This document shows positions 16,540 to 25,193 of a stretch of 41,795 nt of DNA, piece by piece. The DNA is taken from assembly GCA_030037695.1 (NCBI GenBank), contig JASHQF010000030.1, forward strand, positions 1 to 41,795, written 5' to 3'. The position numbers and the translations under genes are program-made. The stretch's first letter is position 1; every line of letters begins with the position of its first letter. The DNA is from Thermoplasmata archaeon. Its GTDB lineage: Archaea > Thermoplasmatota > Thermoplasmata > Lutacidiplasmatales > UBA184. A model generated the notes under the pieces. The model was given only the letters and a program-made list of their open reading frames with translations, was not told the DNA's origin and did no database searches.

Positions 16540-16721
16540 CCCCAGCGCACGGTGTAGACGAGGGTGCGGCCCTCGATGGCGGCCCGCGCCCGCGCCGGGT
16601 CCACGAACGTCGCGAACGCCGCGGCCGCCTCGGGCGAAAGCCGGGGAGGGACCCCGTAGCCGCGAGGGGTTCCCGCGCCCAACCGCGGTGGGACTCGGGC
16701 CGGAAGCTCGGGACCGGGCAC
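16536..16721 (-). CDS. Small hypothetical protein (61 aa)
   Basis: GTG start with a GGGGAG SD-like element upstream. By hand count, 27 of 27 third positions between 16542 and 16620 are G/C in this frame, and the same-phase + frame is closed by a stop. I recognise no family. Confidence 0.45.
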   Translation of the reverse strand: MPGPELPARVPPRLGAGTPRGYGVPPRLSPEAAAAFATFVDPARARAAIEGRTLVYTVRWG

Positions 16722-16738
16722 TCGAAGGCTCCCCTAGG

Positions 16739-16903
16739 TCAGTCGCGGCGAGCGAGCTCGCCCGGCAAGGGGAACGGGTAGCGCACCGGCTTCGATCGCG
16801 CGTAGAACGGGAGCGCCGCGAGGAGCGGCGCGGGCCCCGGGCTCCGCGGGGCGCGGAGGGGGAGCGCGGCGATCGGCGTTCGTCCGCTCGGTACGTCCGA
16901 CAC
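16739..16903 (-). CDS. Small Pro-rich hypothetical protein (about 54 aa)
   Basis: G/C occupies 38 of 40 third positions in 16742-16859 (hand count). The periodicity decays upstream of about 16920. GTG 16903 lies about 34 nt downstream of a minus-strand TTTATGTA box (16934-16941). The stop is 17 nt upstream of the next small ORF. Confidence 0.35.
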   Translation of the reverse strand: MSDVPSGRTPIAALPLRAPRSPGPAPLLAALPFYARSKPVRYPFPLPGELARRD

Positions 16904-17237
16904 GGGCTCTCGGGAGGCGTCAGACGGCCGTCGTACATAAACCCCCACCTCGACTGGAAGCGGGGGGGTTCCTCGGCGTACCCTGACGGGCGCGAACGGC
17001 GGACATCGGGCAGACAACGTTAGGACCGTGGGCCGTGGGCGGGGCCGTTAAGGGCCTGGCCCTGCTCGCGGCCGCGGGGGGAGTAGCGCGGGGGCGGGGG
17101 CCGAACCGTCCGGGTTCTTCCGGCGGGCCGAGGAGGAGCTGCTGGGCCTTGCCGTCGAATCCCAGCGCGCCGATTGGGTCTACTCTACGTTCATCACCGA
17201 CGACACCCAGGAGCTGTCGTCGCGGGCGCAGAGCCGG

Positions 17238-18815
17238 ATGATCCAGGCCACGGTCCGCCTCGTGAAGGAGGCGACGGGGCTCCCGGAGGCCCGTCTCTCC
17301 GCCGACGACCGGCGAAGGTCGCGGCTCCTCCGCGTGTCGCTGCCGCTCCTCGCTCCTTCCGATCCCGCGGAGTCGGACGAGGTGACCGCGCTCGTCGCCT
17401 CGATGCAGGCGCGGTATGCGACCTGGCGCCATCAGCCGGCCGGGTCCGCCGAGCCGCTCGTACTGGAGGCGCTCTCCCACGTGCTCGAGGAGAGCCGGGA
17501 CCCGAGGCTGCTCGAGGACGTCTGGACCGGCTGGCACCGGGTGGGCCGATCGATGCGGCCGGATTTCACCCGGTACGTCGAGCTTGCGAACCGAGGCGCG
17601 CGCGAGGTGGGCTTCGCGGACACGGGTGCGATGTGGCAGTCGAAGTACGACATGCCCCCCGAGGCGTTCGACCGGGAGGTCGATCGCCTCTGGTCGGAGG
17701 TTCGTCCGCTGTACGAGGCGCTCCACGCCTACACTCGGGCCCGGCTGCGCGCGACGTACGGGGACCAGGTGCCGGCGTCCGGGCCGATCCCGGCCCAGTT
17801 CCTCGGGAACATGTGGGCGCAGCAGTGGGACCCTCTCTACGCGATCCTCGCGCCGCCGTCCGCCCGCTCCGGCGCCGACCTCACTCGTCTCCTGGTCGAG
17901 CGCGCCACGACCCCGTCCGGCATGGTGCGGTTCGCCGAGGCGTTCTTCGTCTCGCTCGGCTTCGATCCGCTGCCGTCGACGTTCTGGGAGCGCTCGATGC
18001 TGACCCGGCCCCGCGACCGCGAGGTCGTCTGCCACGCGAGCGCCTGGGACGTCGATTTCGTCGACGACCTGAGGATCAAGATGTGCATCGAGATCACGGG
18101 GGACGACTTCCGCACGGTCCACCACGAGCTCGGGCACAACTTCTACCAGCGCGCCTACGGGAACCTGCCGTTCCTGTTCCGCGACAGCGCCCACGACGGG
18201 TTCCACGAGGCGATCGGCGACACGATCGCCCTCTCGGTCACTCCCGCGTACCTCGCGAAGATCGGGCTCGTCCGCGAGGACGCTCCCCGGGACGACGACA
18301 TCGCCTTCCTCCTGCGCCGCGCCCTCGAGAAGATCGCCTTCCTGCCGTTCGGGCTCGTGATCGACCGTTGGCGGTGGGAGGTGTTCCGCGGCGCCATCGG
18401 GCCGAAGGAGTACAACCGTCGTTGGTGGGAGCTTCGGCGCGAGTACCAGGGGATCGCGCCTCCCGGCGAGCGCGGCGAGGAGGAGTTCGACCCGGGGGCG
18501 AAGATGCACGTCGCGGCGAACGTGCCGTACATCCGCTACTTCCTCGCGCACATCCTTCAGTTCCAGTTCCACCGCGCGCTGCTCCGGACCGCCGGCGTCG
18601 ACGGGCCGTTGCATCTCGGCTCAATCTACGGCTCGAAGGAGGCGGGGCGGCGCCTGCGCACGACCCTCGAGATGGGGGCTTCCCAGGAGTGGCCGGAAGC
18701 CCTCGCGGCGCTCACCGGGGAGCGCACCATGAGCGGCCGCGGGCTGATCGAGTACTTCGCGCCGCTCTCGCGTTGGCTCGCGGAGCAGAACCGCGGGGTC
18801 CCGGTCGGCTGGTAG
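17238..18815 (+). CDS. Peptidase family M2 (angiotensin-converting-enzyme-like peptidyl-dipeptidase); the N-terminus is unresolved
   Basis: Zinc motif VHHELGHNFYQ and the downstream third ligand block GFHEAIGDTIALS are diagnostic of M2/ACE. Conserved ACE N-terminal sequence (ADWVYSTFITDDTQELSSRAQ) is encoded in the same frame upstream of the first ATG. See the finding at 17035-18815. Confidence 0.85.
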   Translation: MIQATVRLVKEATGLPEARLSADDRRRSRLLRVSLPLLAPSDPAESDEVTALVASMQARYATWRHQPAGSAEPLVLEALSHVLEESRDPRLLEDVWTGWHRVGRSMRPDFTRYVELANRGAREVGFADTGAMWQSKYDMPPEAFDREVDRLWSEVRPLYEALHAYTRARLRATYGDQVPASGPIPAQFLGNMWAQQWDPLYAILAPPSARSGADLTRLLVERATTPSGMVRFAEAFFVSLGFDPLPSTFWERSMLTRPRDREVVCHASAWDVDFVDDLRIKMCIEITGDDFRTVHHELGHNFYQRAYGNLPFLFRDSAHDGFHEAIGDTIALSVTPAYLAKIGLVREDAPRDDDIAFLLRRALEKIAFLPFGLVIDRWRWEVFRGAIGPKEYNRRWWELRREYQGIAPPGERGEEEFDPGAKMHVAANVPYIRYFLAHILQFQFHRALLRTAGVDGPLHLGSIYGSKEAGRRLRTTLEMGASQEWPEALAALTGERTMSGRGLIEYFAPLSRWLAEQNRGVPVGW

Positions 18816-18888
18816 CGTCGCCGGCCGGTGCCCTCCGAACGTCCTGCGCCGCGACCTTCTTACGCCCCGACCCGCCTCTCCTCGACCG

Positions 18889-19359
18889 ATGCTGCTCGAC
18901 CCCGGCGAGAGCGTGCTGCGCAGCGCCTATGCGGTCCTCGAGCGGCCCGAGGCGGGGGCGGCCCGCGGGGGCCCGGGCGTCCTGTACCTCACCAACCGCC
19001 GGCTCCTGTTCGAGGCGCCGGCGTCCCGCGGGCTGATGCGCGACCTGCTGCAGGGCAAGGAGAACCACCTCGCCTGGGACGAGCGACTCCCCGAGATCCG
19101 GAACGTCTCGGTCCGGCGCGGACGCGTCGGACGGCCCCGGCTCGTCGTGGAGGTCGCCCGGGGTCGGCCCGTGTTCGATGTCCTCGAGCCCGAGGCGTGG
19201 GCGGGAGCGATCGCCGAGGCGCGCTACGGTGCCGCGGCGTCGGCGGCCCCGGCGCTGCATACCGTCGAGCGCGAGATCGTGAAGGTACGGTGCCGGTACT
19301 GCGGGAACCTCGCGCACGAGACGAGCGGCCGATGCGCGGCGTGCGGCGCCCCGCTCTAG
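18889..19359 (+). CDS. PH/GRAM-like domain protein with a C-terminal zinc ribbon
   Basis: LLDPGESVL...GVLYLTNRRLLFE is typical of bacterial/archaeal PH-like domains. C-terminal CRYCGNLAHETSGRCAACGAPL. Confidence 0.65.
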   Translation: MLLDPGESVLRSAYAVLERPEAGAARGGPGVLYLTNRRLLFEAPASRGLMRDLLQGKENHLAWDERLPEIRNVSVRRGRVGRPRLVVEVARGRPVFDVLEPEAWAGAIAEARYGAAASAAPALHTVEREIVKVRCRYCGNLAHETSGRCAACGAPL

Positions 19360-19371
19360 CCGCCCGTCCGC

Positions 19372-19989
19372 CTAGTTCTCCCCCCAGGCCGCGGGCCACT
19401 CCGCGAGGGATCGCGTCGCGGGCACCCCGTCCGCGGACGACGATCGCGCCGGGCGGAGGGAGTCGATCGCGTGGTAGAGCAGCTCGTAGGCCGCGTCCTC
19501 CGCGTCGGCGAACTCCCCGGCCTCGGGCGACCCGGGGACGAGCACGGTGACCGACCTCGGCCCCGGGCGGAGCAGCACGAGGCCGGAGCCGTCGCGCCGC
19601 GCCCAGGCGAGGAGCCGTCCCTCGGGTCGGACGACCTCCCCGACCCACCGCAGGGTGCCGAACCAGCGGCCGGCCAGCGCGCGGAGCCGGCGCTCGTGGC
19701 CCGGCCCCGGGGGAAGGTCGAGGTGGGAGACCGTCCGGAGGTCGTCGAGCGCTCCGAGGGGGATCCCTCCGGGGCCGGCGAGCGCCCGATAGCCCCCGTC
19801 GACCCGCTCGACCAGACCTTCCCGCTCGAGACGGCGGAGCGATCGAGAGAGCGACTCCGGATGGGCGTCCAGCACGCGGCGAAGACCGCTGAACGTGATC
19901 GAACCGCCGAGCCCCTGCAGGGTGCCGAGGACCCGGTCGTCCAGCGTCGAGCCCTCGAACGTGAACCCCCCGTCCCGTTCGCCGGGCAT
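19372..19989 (-). CDS. Winged-helix transcriptional regulator with an uncharacterised C-terminal domain
   Basis: ITFSGLRRVLDAHPESLSRSLRRLEREGLVERVDGGYRAL is a wHTH (ArsR/MarR-like) recognition unit. Confidence 0.65.
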   Translation of the reverse strand: MPGERDGGFTFEGSTLDDRVLGTLQGLGGSITFSGLRRVLDAHPESLSRSLRRLEREGLVERVDGGYRALAGPGGIPLGALDDLRTVSHLDLPPGPGHERRLRALAGRWFGTLRWVGEVVRPEGRLLAWARRDGSGLVLLRPGPRSVTVLVPGSPEAGEFADAEDAAYELLYHAIDSLRPARSSSADGVPATRSLAEWPAAWGEN

Positions 19990-20013
19990 CGTCGGAGGCG
20001 AACGGAGCCCGGG

Positions 20014-20019
20014 ATTTAT
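20014..20019 (-). promoter_or_regulatory. TATA-like box (ATAAAT on the minus strand) about 27 nt upstream of ATG 19989
   Basis: Isolated A/T hexamer. The spacing implies a leaderless mRNA for the wHTH regulator. Confidence 0.4.
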
Positions 20020-20138
20020 CGGCCCGGTGGCGCCGAGGAAACCGGCGCCCCGCTCCGCGGAGCCCCCTCGTGTGACCGGACCATCCCCGACCCGCTCAAT
20101 ATCCCCGGACGGGCCCTAACGGAGGCGAGGTTGCACAG

Positions 20139-20393
20139 ATGACCGGGTCAGAATTCGAAGGGGACGAACGTCGAGCACGGTACGGGCCGTGGGTCTGGAC
20201 GGCCTACCGGGCGTACAACGAGCTCCTCCGTGAGAAGGTGAAGAAGCGGTTCGAGGCGCAGGAGGGCCCGTGGATGGAGAAGCTCGCCGACCTCCTGGTG
20301 CAGATCGTCAACGCCCGCTGGGAAGGCGGACGCAAGGGCGAGAAGACGGCGAAGGAGCTGTTCCAGCAGCTCGATCGCCTCCTCTCCGAATGA
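20139..20393 (+). CDS. Small hypothetical protein (84 aa), helical and Lys/Glu-rich
   Basis: GGAGG lies 14 nt upstream of the ATG. Codon usage is gene-like (AAG, GAG, TTC, TAC). The composition is clearly not a GC shadow (MTGSEFEGDERRARYGPWVWTAYRAYNELLREKVKKRFEAQEGPWMEKL...). Confidence 0.6.
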   Translation: MTGSEFEGDERRARYGPWVWTAYRAYNELLREKVKKRFEAQEGPWMEKLADLLVQIVNARWEGGRKGEKTAKELFQQLDRLLSE

Positions 20394-20499
20394 GGGGGAC
20401 GATGGCGCCCCACCCCCTGCCCCGCCCCCCGATCGGGCCGGAGCCGGGATTGCCCTGGCCCGGGACCGACCCCCAACGCGCCGTCGCGCTCGACCGTCC

Positions 20500-21456
20500 G
20501 TGACCGCGCTCGACCTCGAAGACCGCATCACCGCGGCCGTCGAGACGATCGCCCCGAGCGTCGCCGTCGTCGAGTCGGTGCGCGAGCGGCCCGGCCGCCG
20601 CCTGGGGGGCTACCCCCACGCCGCCGCAGGGTCCGCCGTGATCTCGGGGCGGGACGGCCGTCTCGTGACGAACCATCACGTGGTCGAGGGCGCGGACCGG
20701 CTCGTCGTCCGGCTCGCGGACGGCCGGGAGCTCCCCGGGACCGTGATCGGCAGCGATCCTGCGACCGACCTCGCCGTCGTCCAGGTCGAAGCGAACGATC
20801 TGCCCGCGGCCACGTGGGGGGACTCCGAGGCCCTGCGGGTCGGCCAGATCGTCTTGGCCGTGGGGAACGCGCTCGGGCTACCCGGCGGACCGACGGTCTC
20901 CCTCGGCGTGGTGAGCGCGCTCGGCCGCCCTCTCCCCGGAGCCGACTTCGTCTTCGAGGGGCTGCTGCAGACCGACGCCGCGATCAATCCGGGGAACAGC
21001 GGGGGCCCGCTGCTCGACCTCGGCGGGAGGGTCGTCGGCATCAACGCCGCCGTGATCCCGTTCGCCCAAGGGGTCGGCTTCGCGATCCCGATCCATGCCG
21101 TCGCCCGGATCGAGGCGGAGCTCGGCACCCGAGGGCGCGTCGTGCGTCCCTGGATCGGGGTCTCCGTCGCCGAGCTCGGGCCCGACCTCGCGCGCCGGCA
21201 CGCGCTCGTCCCCCGATCGGGGCTGTGGGTCGCGGAGGTCGTCGCGCGCTCCCCCGCCCACCGGGGCGGGATCCGTCCGGGCGATCTCCTGGTCCGCATC
21301 GGGCCGTTCGAGGTCCGCACCGTGCGCGAGCTCCTGGAATCGCTGGCGAGGTTCCCGGTCGGGGCGGATCTTGGCGTCGGCCTGCTCCGGCGCGGGGAGC
21401 CGTTCACGACCACCGTGCCGCTCCAGGAGGCGCCGGTCCCGGTGGCGGCGCGTTAG
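20500..21456 (+). CDS. HtrA/DegP-family (S1C) serine protease with a PDZ domain
   Basis: Catalytic blocks TNHHVV, DLAVVQV and GNSGGPLLDLGGRVVGIN, plus a C-terminal PDZ-like region. No N-terminal signal or TM segment is visible. Confidence 0.85.
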   Translation: MTALDLEDRITAAVETIAPSVAVVESVRERPGRRLGGYPHAAAGSAVISGRDGRLVTNHHVVEGADRLVVRLADGRELPGTVIGSDPATDLAVVQVEANDLPAATWGDSEALRVGQIVLAVGNALGLPGGPTVSLGVVSALGRPLPGADFVFEGLLQTDAAINPGNSGGPLLDLGGRVVGINAAVIPFAQGVGFAIPIHAVARIEAELGTRGRVVRPWIGVSVAELGPDLARRHALVPRSGLWVAEVVARSPAHRGGIRPGDLLVRIGPFEVRTVRELLESLARFPVGADLGVGLLRRGEPFTTTVPLQEAPVPVAAR

Positions 21457-21522
21457 CGCTCGCTTCCAGAGCGAGGAGCAAGGGCCCGCTCCGCTCTTAG
21501 CCCCCGGGGCCCTACCGCGGCG

Positions 21523-22536
21523 ATGCTCACCGACGCCGCGGGCCGCTACGTGACCGACCTGCGCGTGAGCGTCACGAAGCGGTGCAATTTCGGGTGTATC
21601 TACTGCCACGACGAAGGTCTCGGCCCTGTCGCTCGACCCCGGGCCCCGCACGACGAGGAGATCAGCCCGATCGAGGTCGAGCGTCTGGTCGCGGTCGCGC
21701 GGGAGTTCGGGATCCGCTCGGTGAAGTTCACGGGCGGGGAGCCGCTCGTCCGGTCCGACCTCGAGGAGATCGTCGCCCGGACCGTCCGGCAGATCCCCGA
21801 CGTGTCGCTGACCACCAACGGGTCGATGCTCGCCGCGCGGGCCGAGCCGCTGCGCGCCGCCGGCCTGAAACGGGTCAACGTCTCCCTCGATACGCTCGAT
21901 GCGGAGGAGTTCCGGGCGATCCGGGGCGGCGCGCTCGCCCCGGTCCTGCGGGGCGTTCGAGAGGCCGTCCGTGTCGGCCTCACGCCGGTGAAGGTCAACA
22001 TGGTCGTCTTCCGCCGGACCGTCGATCACCTCGCGTCGCTGATCGCCTTCGTCGATCGGACCGACGGCCTGCGCCTCCAGCTGATCCAGTTCATGCCGGA
22101 GCTCGTCGACCCGCACGACTGGGCGGTCGACATCGCCCAGGTCCGGCGCTGGCTCGAGGAGCACGCGTCGCAAGTGCTGGTCCGCGAGATGCACCACCGG
22201 CGGGTCTACCGGTTCGGACGGGCCGAGGTCGAGCTCGTCGACCCCGTGTACAACGCCGACTTCTGCGCCCACTGCCACCGGATCCGCGTGACCCACCGCG
22301 GGGAGCTCAAGGGCTGCCTCAACCGCAACGACGACCTCGTGCCGACGCGCGGCCTGGACGACGCCGCGCTCCGCGACGCGTTCCGGACCGTGATCACGAC
22401 CCGGGTCCCGTACTACGGAGGGTACCTCCGCGCCTACCCGGGAGCCCCGAGCGTCGGCTCCGCGCTCCCGATGCTCTCCGCCGGGCCCCGCGCGGGATCG
22501 CCTCGCGGATCGGACGCCGCGCCGGGGGGCCGATGA
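21523..22536 (+). CDS. moaA: GTP 3',8-cyclase MoaA (molybdenum cofactor biosynthesis, radical SAM)
   Basis: LRVSVTKRCNFGCIYCHDEG (CxxxCxxC), GGEPLVRSDL, NVSLDTLD, and the C-terminal second-cluster region CAHCHRIRVTHRGELKGCL. Confidence 0.9.
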   Translation: MLTDAAGRYVTDLRVSVTKRCNFGCIYCHDEGLGPVARPRAPHDEEISPIEVERLVAVAREFGIRSVKFTGGEPLVRSDLEEIVARTVRQIPDVSLTTNGSMLAARAEPLRAAGLKRVNVSLDTLDAEEFRAIRGGALAPVLRGVREAVRVGLTPVKVNMVVFRRTVDHLASLIAFVDRTDGLRLQLIQFMPELVDPHDWAVDIAQVRRWLEEHASQVLVREMHHRRVYRFGRAEVELVDPVYNADFCAHCHRIRVTHRGELKGCLNRNDDLVPTRGLDDAALRDAFRTVITTRVPYYGGYLRAYPGAPSVGSALPMLSAGPRAGSPRGSDAAPGGR

Positions 22537-22988
22537 CGATCGATTTCGCGTGGGAGCGCACCCCCCGACGTACGGTCGTCGCCTACCGGTGGAAGGGCCC
22601 GTGGAGTGATCGCCGCATCCGCCGCGAGTTCGAAAAGATCGCGAACTGGGCCCGTTCCGCGGGCCATCGCACCGGCGCCTGGATCTTCCTCGAACCGGCC
22701 GAGCGGACGTGGGAGGTCGCGGTCGAGGTCCGCGGGCGACCCCGGCCTCCCGCGCCCCTGCGCGCGAGGACCCTGCCCGCGGCGACCGTCGGCCATGTCG
22801 TCTTCGATCCCGAGGTCGTCTCCCCGCGGATCGTCTACCACGGCCTCTCCGATTGGCTGCGCGCGCGACGCAAGGACGGCACGATCCGGTCGATCGGCCC
22901 GTCCCGCGAGGTCTATGCGGGGAACCCGTGGACGCGTCGCTCCGCGTGGTCGCGGACCGACGTGCAGTTCGTCGTGCGCAAGCGATGA
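22533..22988 (+). CDS. GyrI-like (small-molecule-binding, SOUL/AraC-effector-type) domain protein
   Basis: Internal ATG at 22533 overlaps the moaA stop (ATGA). The track ORF 21582-22988 is moaA shadow upstream of this point. The pattern VVAYRWKGPW...HVVFDPEVVSPRIVYHGLSDWL...REVYAGNPW...TDVQFVVRK resembles GyrI-like domains. Confidence 0.55.
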   Translation: MTIDFAWERTPRRTVVAYRWKGPWSDRRIRREFEKIANWARSAGHRTGAWIFLEPAERTWEVAVEVRGRPRPPAPLRARTLPAATVGHVVFDPEVVSPRIVYHGLSDWLRARRKDGTIRSIGPSREVYAGNPWTRRSAWSRTDVQFVVRKR

Positions 22989-23040
22989 GCCCCCCGAGCC
23001 CTCAAGTTCCCCGCCGGCGTGGGTCCCCGAGGCCGCGTAG

Positions 23041-23661
23041 ATGACGAGCTCGGTCGATCCCGCCGAGGCCCGGCCGCGGCGCACCGCGACCTTCGCGGGG
23101 GGTTGCTTCTGGTGCACCGAGGCGGTCTTCTCCGAGCTCGACGGCGTGGAGGGGGTCCTGCCGGGGTACAGCGGAGGGTCGCGCCCGAATCCGACGTACG
23201 AGGAGGTCTGCACCGGGCGCACGGGCCACGCCGAGGCGGTCGAGATCACCTACCGCCCCGACCGGATCTCCTACCGCGATCTCCTCGTGATCTTCTTCAC
23301 GACCCACGACCCGACGACGAAGGACCGGCAGGGGAACGACGTCGGGACGCAGTACCGCTCGGCCGTCTTCTACCGGACCCCGGAGGAGAAGGCGACGGCG
23401 GAGGCGGTCGTCGCCGAGCTGGAGGAGGCGAGGGTGTTCCGTCGGCCGGTCGTCACCGAGATCGTCCCGTTCACGGAGTTCTTCCCGGCCGAGGAGTACC
23501 ACCGGCAGTACTACCGCCGTAACCCCGAGAAGGGGTACTGCCAGGCGGTGATTGCGCCGAAGCTCGCCAAGTTCCGCAAGGAGCACGCGGACCGGCTGCG
23601 TCCCGCCGCGCCGTCCGGGACCCCCCGGGGGCCTGCCGCGGCGCCGCGGGCGAGCCCCTGA
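23041..23661 (+). CDS. msrA: Peptide-methionine (S)-S-oxide reductase MsrA
   Basis: ATFAGGCFWCTEAVF (the GCFWC active site), GYSGG, GHAEAVEITY and HDPTT are canonical MsrA blocks. Confidence 0.9.
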   Translation: MTSSVDPAEARPRRTATFAGGCFWCTEAVFSELDGVEGVLPGYSGGSRPNPTYEEVCTGRTGHAEAVEITYRPDRISYRDLLVIFFTTHDPTTKDRQGNDVGTQYRSAVFYRTPEEKATAEAVVAELEEARVFRRPVVTEIVPFTEFFPAEEYHRQYYRRNPEKGYCQAVIAPKLAKFRKEHADRLRPAAPSGTPRGPAAAPRASP

Positions 23662-23668
23662 ACCCTCG

Positions 23669-25102
23669 CTACAGGTGCCAGGTCGGCCCGCCGTAGCCGT
23701 CGGGAACGCCGGCCGCCGCGCCGCCGCCCAACGGATCCGGTCGGGGGGTCGGGGCGCGCCCGGTCTTCTTGGCGACGTAGGCGTCGATCGCCTCCGCGGC
23801 CTTCGACCCCGCGGCCATCGCGTACACCACCGACTTCCCTCCCGAGGCGAAGACCCCCTCGACGTCGGTCCGCCCCTCGGGGCCGCGCCCTTCGGGCCAG
23901 GGGTGGCTCTTCGGGTCGAGGTCGAGCTCGCTCGGGAGGCCCGCGAGGTCCGCCGTCTCGCCCACGGCGGCGATCACGGTATCGCAGGCGATCGTCTCGT
24001 CGGTCCCGGGGACCTCCCGGGTCGTCGCGCGACCGGCGGGGTCCGGGGGACCCGACTCCGTCCTCCGCAGGACGATCCCCTCGACCTGGCGCGCGCCGAC
24101 GATCGCGACCGGCGTCCGCTCGAAGAGGAACTTGAGGCCCTCCTCCGACCCCTCGTCGACCTCCTCGGCTCCCGCCGGCATCGCCCCGCGGGCGCGCCGG
24201 TAGACGACCGTCACCTGGCCCGGCGCGGTCATGCGCAGCGCCGAGCGCGCGGCGTCGAGCGCGACGTCGCCGCCGCCGACCACGACGATCGTGCGGTTCT
24301 TGCGGCCGAACAACCCGTCGGCGCCCTGGTTCACGGCCCGCAGGAACGGCAGGGCGTAGAACACCCCCGGGAGCGCCTCCCCCGGGACGCCGAGGCCGCG
24401 GGCCCCCGAGGCGCCGATCGCGACGTAGACGGCGAGGTAGCCGTCCGCGAGCAGGCTCTCGGGCGTGAAGTCGACGCCGGCCCGACGCCCCGTGACGAAC
24501 GTCACGTCGAGGTCCCGGAAGCGTGCGAGGTCGGCGTCGAGCTCGGTCCCGTCCAGGTGGTACTTGGGGATCGTCTCGACCTGACCGCCGAGGAACGACT
24601 GCCCCTCGAGGACCGTGACGGCGTAGCCGCGGAGCGCGAGCTCCCAGGCCGCCGTGAGCCCCGCAGGGCCGCTGCCGACGACCGCGATCCGCTGGGACCT
24701 CGGCGCGCTGGGGACGTAGCGCAGGTCCGAGCGGCCGAGCTCGACGGCGGCGCGCTTCAGGTGCCGGATCGCGATCGGGACCCCCCGGCCTCCCATCACG
24801 CAATCCTCCTCGCAGTAGTGGTAGCAGGTCTTGCACAGGACGGTCGCGAGCGGGTTGTCCCGCACGGTGAGGCGGGCGGCGTCGTCGAACCTCCGCTGAG
24901 CGATCAGGGCGATGTAGCCGCGGCAGTCCTGCGTGATCGGGCAGGCCTGGACGCAGAACGGCATCGCGCACTGCAGGCATCGCTGAGCCTCGAGGACGGC
25001 CTCGTCGGGCGTGTAGGCGTGGAGGATCTCCCCGAACCCAGCCGCGCGGACGTCCTTACCCTCCTCGGGGACCGGCGTGCGCTGGTAGCGGAAACCGGCC
25101 AT
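23669..25102 (-). CDS. GltD-like NAD(P)H-dependent FAD/Fe-S oxidoreductase (glutamate synthase small-subunit family), paralogue A
   Basis: N-terminal Fe-S region QRCLQCAMPFCVQACPITQDC and LCKTCYHYCEEDCV. Dinucleotide folds IAVVGSGPAGLTAAWELALRG and IVVVGGGDVALDAA. No large-subunit gene is nearby. 477 aa. Confidence 0.85.
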   Translation of the reverse strand: MAGFRYQRTPVPEEGKDVRAAGFGEILHAYTPDEAVLEAQRCLQCAMPFCVQACPITQDCRGYIALIAQRRFDDAARLTVRDNPLATVLCKTCYHYCEEDCVMGGRGVPIAIRHLKRAAVELGRSDLRYVPSAPRSQRIAVVGSGPAGLTAAWELALRGYAVTVLEGQSFLGGQVETIPKYHLDGTELDADLARFRDLDVTFVTGRRAGVDFTPESLLADGYLAVYVAIGASGARGLGVPGEALPGVFYALPFLRAVNQGADGLFGRKNRTIVVVGGGDVALDAARSALRMTAPGQVTVVYRRARGAMPAGAEEVDEGSEEGLKFLFERTPVAIVGARQVEGIVLRRTESGPPDPAGRATTREVPGTDETIACDTVIAAVGETADLAGLPSELDLDPKSHPWPEGRGPEGRTDVEGVFASGGKSVVYAMAAGSKAAEAIDAYVAKKTGRAPTPRPDPLGGGAAAGVPDGYGGPTWHL

Positions 25103-25193
25103 CGGCTCGTTCCGGGGGCGCAGCCGGCGGGGTCAGATTACCCTCCCCGCCGCGAACGCCTACCTCTGGGCGGCGTCCCGACCGGGGGGACCC

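Noticed and set aside
21582-22532. The upstream part of track ORF 21582-22988.
   Set aside because: It is an off-frame shadow of moaA. The GyrI-like domain begins at ATG 22533, which overlaps the moaA stop.
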